Shown here one piece after another: positions 57,020 through 64,000 of a stretch of 64,000 nucleotides of DNA. Made by a program: the position numbers and the translations under genes. Position 1 is the stretch's first letter. Every line of letters starts with the position of its first letter. The DNA lies in assembly GCA_000004985.1 (NCBI GenBank), contig GG738911.1; one strand, given 5' to 3'. This DNA comes from Naegleria gruberi (Eukaryota). The notes below the pieces were generated by a model that saw nothing but the letters and a program-made list of their open reading frames with translations, searched no databases and was not told the DNA's origin.

Positions 57020-58510
57020 ATGTCCGAATCACTAAATACTTCTGCTACTACAAATGATGATCAATTCTATTGTCATCTTCATCATGGTGAAGAAGAACAT
57101 GAACATGATGATGAAGGGGTGATTAATTTTTGTGAAATAATGTCAAATACTAAATTATCCGATATTAATGATCAAAATTGTAAACAAACAATGTGTTTAT
57201 ATTATTTTTTAAATAAGGATCAGGATGTTAGTGATGGTGAATTTAAAATAATGAAATTTAATAATCAATTAAATTTAACTATTGAACAAATTGTTCATCC
57301 ACAAAATTTGGCATCAACTGCTATGTTTTTAATTAATATATGTGGAATTAATCATTTATATTATTTTAAATATTGTATTGCCGATGATGATGAAAATTCT
57401 CATATTGAACACGAATTTAATTCTTCTAATGAAGTTTTTATTAATGAACATTTAAAATTAGTACCATTTCCATTTAGAAAGAATGAATTTGTTACTAAAT
57501 TTGATAAAAGTGGAACCTTAATGAAAACTAATCTAAATTCTATTTGGGATAGTGAAGGTTCTATCATTAGTGTTAATAATAATACACTTGAACATTCTTA
57601 CCTAATGGTTAATGATCAAAGCAATATCAAATATATTGAAAATTTCAATGATGAAATAATTCATTTTGAACGAAATGGCCATCGTATATTTTTAACTAAA
57701 AGTGGTAAAATATATGGTTATGGAGAAAACTTGTATAATCAGTTAAATCTAAATGGGGGAAATGATAATTTCATTCAATTTATATCAGACATATCATTTG
57801 ATTCATTGTCATTTAAAAAAGTTATACCAGGCCTTTTTAAAACTCATTTCATTACTGAAAATGGTAAATTATATGCATCAGGTGAAAATTCTGATTACAA
57901 TTTAGGATGTTCAGAAGGAAAAACAAGACAGGAAATTCATAATGATATTTCAATAGATAATGGAAAGTTTCAATCAAATCCTGCACGTAAATGTGACATA
58001 ATAGATGAAAAATATGAAATTGAACATGTTTACCAAATTGGAATAAACGGGCTAAGCATTTTCTTAACTAGGGAAAAGAAATTATTAGCATGTGGAAAAT
58101 ATTTTGATGAAAATGGTAATCAAGTTATTTCAATTGGTGATATCTATCCACTAGATGGTGAAATCGATCAATTATTCATCTGTGCAAACAAGTATTTACT
58201 TGTGATTACTAAAAATGGAAAGGTTCATGTAATTGGTAAAAGAAATATCGATCCAAAGAATTATAACAAAAAATCAACTCGTATTTTAGAAGATAGATTT
58301 ATTGAAAGGGTCAAAACTCAAATTGAAACTTTAATTTCATTGGACGAAAGAATTTTTGGAAAATTAGAAATTTATCCAAATCCATTTGATATGGGTTGTG
58401 TTTTGAAATTGGAAATGTCCTTGGATTTGATAATATTTTTCAAGTCGTTGAGAAGTCAATCCCTCCAAAGCAAGACAGGCTTTTCAGATTTAACTTTCAA
58501 CTTTTGTTAA
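57020..58510 (+). CDS. RCC1-like repeat (seven-bladed propeller-type) protein with an N-terminal Cys/His-rich segment. Very AT-rich and N/K-rich.
   Basis: RCC1-type turns FLTKSGKIYGYGENLYNQLNL and ITENGKLYASGENSDYNLGC. 496-aa ORF. Confidence 0.45.
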   Translation: MSESLNTSATTNDDQFYCHLHHGEEEHEHDDEGVINFCEIMSNTKLSDINDQNCKQTMCLYYFLNKDQDVSDGEFKIMKFNNQLNLTIEQIVHPQNLASTAMFLINICGINHLYYFKYCIADDDENSHIEHEFNSSNEVFINEHLKLVPFPFRKNEFVTKFDKSGTLMKTNLNSIWDSEGSIISVNNNTLEHSYLMVNDQSNIKYIENFNDEIIHFERNGHRIFLTKSGKIYGYGENLYNQLNLNGGNDNFIQFISDISFDSLSFKKVIPGLFKTHFITENGKLYASGENSDYNLGCSEGKTRQEIHNDISIDNGKFQSNPARKCDIIDEKYEIEHVYQIGINGLSIFLTREKKLLACGKYFDENGNQVISIGDIYPLDGEIDQLFICANKYLLVITKNGKVHVIGKRNIDPKNYNKKSTRILEDRFIERVKTQIETLISLDERIFGKLEIYPNPFDMGCVLKLEMSLDLIIFFKSLRSQSLQSKTGFSDLTFNFC

Positions 58511-58594
58511 ATATATTATATTATTGTAATCATTCCCGCAAAAAAAGAACTTGGAACTGCAAGAACAAGTTGATTTATTTTAATAATAAAAAAA

Positions 58595-59476
58595 ATGTCT
58601 ACATTGGAGGGTGGGGAGATTCTCGTCCTCACAGAAGAGGATCAAATATCTAACAAAATTGAAATGTTTAATTCATGTCCTCTATCGGAGGTAATTTCAT
58701 CAACTCCGAAAAGAAAAATTGAAAATGATTCGAATAATCATCAAATGAAATTTGTCATCATTTCAGATACTCATAGTGCTCATGATAATTTAGAATTGCC
58801 TGATGATGGAGATGTTTTGGTTCATTGTGGAGATTTTACTAATAAGGGATTGTTTGGAGAAGTGAATTCATTCTTTGAGTTTTTGAGAGACAAATGTGAT
58901 GGAAAATTTAAATATATTATCGTGATTGTGGGTAGGTATTCTTGTTTCTTGTTGGATAATTGAGGATGTTTGGTTTTTTATATAGGAAATCATGAATGGA
59001 GTCCTGATTTGATAGTCAATCGACAATTTTCAAAGTATTTCAGAAATTCAAAACACAATCTCAAATCAAAGTATCATCTTTTATTGGATGATACAGTAAC
59101 TATACAAGATAATTGTGGAAATGATATCAAAATTCATGGAACTCGATTTAGATCTAAATGGAAATTTCCTCCATTCATGAGAGATTCATTGAGAAAGAAG
59201 GATTTTGATATTCCAAAAGATATTGACATTTTACTGTCACATTTTCCATCTGATAAGGGGAAATTGGATTCATCAAGAAGAGCTTCTACTGAGCTGACCG
59301 AATTGATCAACAGCAGCCACTTTACAAAATTAAAGATCCACTGTTTTGGGCACGTTCATGCATCTAGGGGACATTATTATGAAAGTGAAACTGATAGATT
59401 ATTTGTGAATGCAGCATCTATCAAGGGAGATAAGAAAAAGAAGGTTGTCAACAAACCATTTGCTTTCTACTTTTAA
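58595..59476 (+). CDS. Calcineurin-like metallophosphoesterase (MPP superfamily), about 290 aa. Two exons (58595-58931 and 58986-59476) with a 54-nt intron.
   Basis: Motifs VIISDTHS, HCGDFT, (splice GTAGGT...TATATAG) VIVGNHEW, GHVHASRG. The intron restores the GNHE motif across the two track ORFs. Confidence 0.65.
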
Positions 59477-59811
59477 ATTTTACTCGAATCTTTGAGAAAT
59501 GAAATCAATACTGAAACCTAATGTAAATATTGGAAGATTCAATACACCCGAATAGCTTCACCCTTTTTTGCGTCACCGAGTAAAAATTTACTCATTGAAA
59601 TGTTTAAATGATTGTAACTTGTGCGTACGATTATAAAAGAGTTTCTTTTGTATACTGTTTATATTCTCTTATTGAAATCATATCATTGGGATTGTTGCTC
59701 AAACTGTATTTAAATTTGATTGTTTTTTTGTTTTTGATAATATTAATTAAAGCTGCTTTTATTGGAAGAGTTGAAGAAAATCCTTGTCCATGTCCTCCAA
59801 ACGATTCATTA

Positions 59812-60507
59812 TCACTTTGTGCTGGATCTTGTTTCTTTAGATTGAAAGTTGTGCAGTATCTTCAGTATCCTCATCAGTATCTCCATCAGTATCTTCATCA
59901 GCATCATAACCATCCTTGATGAATTTAAAGTGTGAAGCTTGACAGATGTCAATTGTTGTATGAATAGCTTTCTCCTTCTTGGTTCTTCAACTGACATATC
60001 CAATTTTCTCTTTCTTTCATGGGATGATTGTTTCTTCTTTTTGGTGTCAATGGGTAAGGGTCGTTCATTTTCCCAATATTTAACAGGTTTACCAATCATT
60101 CTTCTCAATCTATTTTCTGTACAATTACTAGTTTGAATACCAAAATGGTCATCCCCATCAATCTCTTCATTTTGACTGGAAATTGTTATATTGAGATCGC
60201 TTTCCTCACCTTCACTCCTCATCTCAAAATCTAGATCTAGTCCATGCACGAAATCTATATCATCCAATACGGCATCCTTTAACAATTCTTCTCTTGGTAC
60301 ATACTGTCCAACCAATATAAAACCACCAACTTCTTCTTGATCTTCTTCATCTCCATCACTAATTTCTATGGCATCATCACATTGAGCAGTGCTTTCTTGT
60401 TTAGAAATGTTGCTGGCTTGAAGTTGCTTTCTTCTGGTAAGCATGCTTACCGAACTCTTGTTGTTTTTTTGAAGGAAATTAATAATAGATTTTAGGTTTT
60501 TCTGCAC
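59812..60507 (-). CDS. Hypothetical acidic protein. The 3' part is probably mis-modelled: its C-terminus is a translated coding microsatellite.
   Basis: 231-aa ORF. Residues MVMMLMKILMEILMRILKIL derive from the CATCAGTATC-type repeat at about 59860-59925. Confidence 0.3.
   Translation of the reverse strand: MQKNLKSIINFLQKNNKSSVSMLTRRKQLQASNISKQESTAQCDDAIEISDGDEEDQEEVGGFILVGQYVPREELLKDAVLDDIDFVHGLDLDFEMRSEGEESDLNITISSQNEEIDGDDHFGIQTSNCTENRLRRMIGKPVKYWENERPLPIDTKKKKQSSHERKRKLDMSVEEPRRRKLFIQQLTSVKLHTLNSSRMVMMLMKILMEILMRILKILHNFQSKETRSSTK
59860..59925. repeat. Imperfect microsatellite (CAGTATCTT / CATCAGTATC units).
   Basis: Read directly as gtatcttcagtatcctcatcagtatctccatcagtatcttcatcagcatcataacc. 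Confidence 0.7.
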
Positions 60508-60870
60508 GTTGTGTCATTCTACACGTATTGTAAAGCAGAGAGGCTGAAAAGGGAGGTGTTTACTGTACAACAAATATATGATCATCGCTATTTTGTTTCC
60601 TTAAGTATTATTATAAATTAAATACATGATGAAGATGGCATAAATTTGTTCCATAGTGTTTTGGAATGAAGCTTAAGATGTTGTTGTTCGATTTGAATTA
60701 TTCAAAGTAGGTTCTACCGTACGGCCATGGTCATTAAAAATCTTGCTCGTGTTGCTGAATAGGAGCAAGAAACGACTTTTCTTGTTTTTTTTGATATTTT
60801 TTTTAATTTGTTTTTAATATTAATATTTGGGCCAACTTTTTGTGTAACGGTTTTTTTTGAGATAATAAAT

Positions 60871-62214
60871 TTATTGCTCTGTTTCTTCCTTTTCCTCACT
60901 TGATTCAGTTCCAACCTCCTCATAGTCCTTCTCCAGAGCTGCCAAATCCTCCCTAGCCTCAGCAAACTCTCCCTCCTCCATTCCCTCCCCAACATACCAA
61001 TGGACGAAAGCTCTCTTTGCATACATTAAATCAAACTTGTGATCAATTCTCGAAAAGACCTCAGCAATGGCAGTCGAATTTGAAATCATGCACACAGCCC
61101 TCATCACCTTTGCCAAATCTCCACCTGGCACAACACTTGGTGCCTGATAATTAATTCCACATTTGAAACCTGTTGGCGACCAATCAACAAATTGCACCGT
61201 TCTCTTATGCTTGATTGTTTGTACGGCAGAGTTGACATCTTTTGGAACGACATCTCCTCTGTACATTAAACAACATGCCATGTATTTGCCATGACGTGGA
61301 TCGCATTTGGCCATCATTGAGGCAGGTTCAAAAACTGCATTTGTGATTTCACTCACACTGAGACGTTCGTGATAGGCCTTTTCGGCTGAGATTATTGGAG
61401 AATAGGATGAGAGCATAAAGTGGATTCTTGGATAGGGAACTAGATTAGTTTGGAATTCAGAAATGTCAACGTTGAGGGCACCATCGAATCTGAGAGAAGA
61501 AGTGAGGGAGGATATGACCTGAGCGATTATTCTGTTGAGATTCGTATAGGTTGGTTTTGGAATGTCGAGACATCGACGACAAATGTCATAAATTGCTTCG
61601 TTATCCAGAATTACAGATACGTCACTGTGTTCCAATAAGGCGTGAGTGGACAAGACTGAATTGTATGGCTCAACAACAGCGGTGGCAATCTGAGGTGATG
61701 GATAAATTGTGAAATTCAACTTGGGTTTCTTTCCATAATCAACTGACAACCTTTCCAATAACAAAGCACCTAAACCTGAACCAGTTCCACCCCCAACCGA
61801 TGAGAACACCAAGAAACCTTGCAAACCAGTGCAATTATCAGCTAACTTTCTAATTCTATCCAAACATAGGTCAACAATTTCCTTGCCAATCGTATAATGA
61901 CCTCTTGCATAATTATTGGCAGCATCTTCCTTGCCACTAATCAACTGATCAGGATGGAATAGCTGTCTATAGGTACCAGTTCTCACTTCATCCACAACTG
62001 TTGGTTCCAGATCGAGAAAAACAGCTCTTGGCACATGCTTTCCAATTCCAGTCTCTGAAAAGAAAGTATCGTTGGAATCATCATAGCCGAAACTCTTATC
62101 TGAAGGCTTCATTCCATCAGATTGAATACCATGCTCCAGACAGTACAATTCCCAACAGGCATTTCCTAACTGAACTCCTGCCTGTCCAATGTGAATTGAA
62201 ATAACTTCTCTCAT
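60871..62214 (-). CDS. TUBA: Alpha-tubulin, intronless, 447 aa. The C-terminal tail is acidic but lacks the terminal EEY/EEF.
   Basis: [31 protein letters not shown]..., GGGTGSG, K40 present, ...[43 protein letters not shown] stop. Confidence 0.95.
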   Translation of the reverse strand: MREVISIHIGQAGVQLGNACWELYCLEHGIQSDGMKPSDKSFGYDDSNDTFFSETGIGKHVPRAVFLDLEPTVVDEVRTGTYRQLFHPDQLISGKEDAANNYARGHYTIGKEIVDLCLDRIRKLADNCTGLQGFLVFSSVGGGTGSGLGALLLERLSVDYGKKPKLNFTIYPSPQIATAVVEPYNSVLSTHALLEHSDVSVILDNEAIYDICRRCLDIPKPTYTNLNRIIAQVISSLTSSLRFDGALNVDISEFQTNLVPYPRIHFMLSSYSPIISAEKAYHERLSVSEITNAVFEPASMMAKCDPRHGKYMACCLMYRGDVVPKDVNSAVQTIKHKRTVQFVDWSPTGFKCGINYQAPSVVPGGDLAKVMRAVCMISNSTAIAEVFSRIDHKFDLMYAKRAFVHWYVGEGMEEGEFAEAREDLAALEKDYEEVGTESSEEKEETEQ

Positions 62215-62878
62215 CTTGAATTTTTGAGTTTTTTACGTTGTTTTATTTGTTTTTGAAATAGAAATCATGCAAACAAATGAAAAATTTATCATGATGAGGA
62301 ATTTAAGGGAATGCACAGAGGTGGAGTGGTAACTGTGAACTCTAAGGCATCAACACTGGTTTATTAAGGTTGGGAAAATAGTGAGGAAGAGAGAACTCTT
62401 AATCGGAAAGTAAAAACCGTCCTTAGAGAGATTTATTGATGTTACAGCTTTTGCTTTGGAATTTGGTTGATAAATATCTTCCCGCCAAATTCCATCCAAT
62501 TTTTTTAAAAAAATAAAAACAAACCACAAGCCTTGCCCTCTCAAAAATTTCCAAGCGAAAAGAGAGTAAAAACAAGATAAATAGAAGACTTGTTTTTAGT
62601 GATGATAACTATCCCAAAAGAACCATAATGAATAGGGTGTGAACGTTCTGTTCATTGCCCATTCAACCACTTTGATGAATTAACCTTATGTCATAGTTAC
62701 TCTGAATAATCGATGTATTGATTTTTTATTGTTGTAATAATCGGATCCGAGACAACCATTGGGAAATATTGAATTTTTCTAGATCGTGCTGATTTGATAA
62801 TGTTCCTTTTAAAGACTGTTTAAAATATTACATTACGTAATTTATTAAAATATTATTAATTTAAATTTTAGAAAAAAA

Positions 62879-63808
62879 ATGTTAGAAGCCATACTGAATT
62901 TTTTCTATTGGCTTTTGGCTTTGATCGGATTAGGCCAAGCAACACAACAACAACAAATTGTCGCTCCGGAACAACATCAAGATGAAGAAGAACATCATCA
63001 TCAACAACGAAGAAATATTCCGGCAGCAAGAGGACAAATACGGAGAAGAAAGAATGCTGCTGCTTCTGCTTCATCATCAACAAATGATGATCACGAATCT
63101 GCTAGTAGTGGCAGTGATGAAAGTGATGATGATGGTTCGGATCATGATTCTGAAGCTGGGGAAGAAGATATTCATATTCATTCTAAACTTACAAGAAATG
63201 AACGTGTAAATTTGAAAAAGATGGAAAAGAGACGTCAAAAGCAAGCCTTGAAGGAACAAAGAGAGGCCATGGTTCAAGCTGAAAAGGAGAGAAAGACTCA
63301 AATGAAAAAGAAAATGGAAGATGAGGAATTGGAACGTGAAGAAAAGGAAGCTGAATTGAGAGAAGCTGAAAGAATTCAACGTGAAGAAAAGGAAAAGAAA
63401 AAACAAGAGGAATATGAAGAATGGCGTCACTTGTTTGAAGTTTCTGAACAAGGTGAAGGAATTGATTCTGATATGACTCATAATGAGAGCATTTTGAGTG
63501 AATTTATCAATTACATCAAGGATCATAAAGTGGTTGTTCTTGAAGATTTGGCAAGTGAGTTCAAGATCAAGACTGAACATTGCATTAATAGAATTAAATC
63601 TCTTGAAGAGGAGGGTAAAATAACAGGTCTCCTGGACGATCGTGGTAAATTTATTTATATTTCCAAGGAAGAAATTGAAAAGGTTAAACAATTTATTTTA
63701 CAAGAAGGTAGAATTAGCATTTCAGATTTGAGAAATGAAAGTAACAAGTTAATTAATCTCAAACCAAAGGAAGAAGATGTAAATATTGAGGAAATTCTGG
63801 TGAAATAA
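62879..63808 (+). CDS. DDRGK1: DDRGK domain-containing protein 1 (UFM1 pathway ER-membrane adaptor).
   Basis: N-terminal membrane anchor MLEAILNFFYWLLALIGL, charged coiled-coil middle, C-terminal winged-helix region with the eponymous motif GLLDDRGKFIYIS. Confidence 0.75.
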   Translation: MLEAILNFFYWLLALIGLGQATQQQQIVAPEQHQDEEEHHHQQRRNIPAARGQIRRRKNAAASASSSTNDDHESASSGSDESDDDGSDHDSEAGEEDIHIHSKLTRNERVNLKKMEKRRQKQALKEQREAMVQAEKERKTQMKKKMEDEELEREEKEAELREAERIQREEKEKKKQEEYEEWRHLFEVSEQGEGIDSDMTHNESILSEFINYIKDHKVVVLEDLASEFKIKTEHCINRIKSLEEEGKITGLLDDRGKFIYISKEEIEKVKQFILQEGRISISDLRNESNKLINLKPKEEDVNIEEILVK

Positions 63809-63837
63809 TTAAATATTAATAATTTAATGGAACTAGC

Positions 63838-64000
63838 CATTTGTTGTTTCCATGATATTCCTCACCATGATGAATATCATAAAATCCTCGTTGGCGTTGT
63901 TTAAAAGCTTCCTCTTCTGCTTTTCTATACGAATCCAATAATCCAATAATTTCTGGATCCTTTCTCAGTGGATTATTCCTATTCCTCACAATCAACTCTA
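63838..64000 (-). CDS. 3' end of an unidentified minus-strand gene that runs off the right edge.
   Basis: Open minus-strand frame ...YRKAEEEAFKQRQRGFYDIHHGEEYHGNNKW ending in TAG at about 63838-63840. Confidence 0.25.

Noticed and set aside
57020-58510. Whether the very AT-rich RCC1-like gene belongs to a second foreign island
   Set aside because: There are no flanking copies of the 28-bp repeat or other boundary features. The neighbouring metallophosphoesterase gene is intron-containing with host-like composition. It is treated as a host gene with low-complexity N/K-rich composition.
1-64000. Search for tRNA or rRNA genes (GTTCGAATC-type T-loop boxes, conserved rRNA stretches)
   Set aside because: No convincing cloverleaf-compatible sequence or rRNA-like segment was seen by eye. 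This cannot be excluded without tRNAscan or Infernal.

Overview
This is a gene-dense window of eukaryotic (protist-type) nuclear DNA: about 33-35% GC, coding density above 75%, and two scaffold gaps (N runs at 24171-24385 and 43213-43302) that mark it as a draft assembly. Genes sit on both strands and carry short spliceosomal introns of 42-154 nt with GTAAGT-like donors and AG acceptors. Several genes are split across ORFs in the supplied track by such introns. Gene content and composition (a very large multi-TM/PAS class III cyclase, intronless alpha-tubulin, many signalling genes, AT-rich K/N-rich proteins) suggest an amoeboid protist such as a heterolobosean; this is inference only.

I can support about 30 protein-coding genes. 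They include:
- a giant lectin-EGF-GPS-7TM-RGS receptor that runs off the left edge;
- a 7TM LUSTR-like protein;
- a secreted Lys/Cys-periodic protein;
- a tandemly triplicated family of unknown function, one copy carrying a nonsense codon;
- a 25-codon RPL41 micro-gene with an intron, absent from the ORF track;
- a multi-TM/TPR/PAS adenylyl-guanylyl cyclase;
- a tuberin (TSC2) homologue, a Gfo/Idh/MocA oxidoreductase, a split-RGS protein, a TDP2-like phosphodiesterase, a Ser/Thr kinase, a 5-exon HIBADH-like dehydrogenase, an old-yellow-enzyme reductase, a folate-receptor-like GPI protein;
- two NHL-EGF-TM-kinase receptor kinases plus a soluble NHL protein;
- an RCC1-like protein, a metallophosphoesterase, alpha-tubulin and DDRGK1.

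The two most unusual observations are (i) the chimeric adhesion-GPCR-like/RGS receptor with a mannose-lectin and EGF ectodomain, and (ii) an extremely AT-rich island at about 47.9-51.4 kb. The island holds a K/N-rich ORF and a stand-alone Ulp1/C48 (clan CE) protease ORF bracketed by direct copies of a 28-bp TATAAATA-containing repeat; it is a candidate mobile or virus-derived insertion. A GC-rich 13-mer (TTATGGCGCGCAA) recurs exactly in two promoter regions. Exon and intron coordinates were hand-derived and may be off by 1-2 nt in places.
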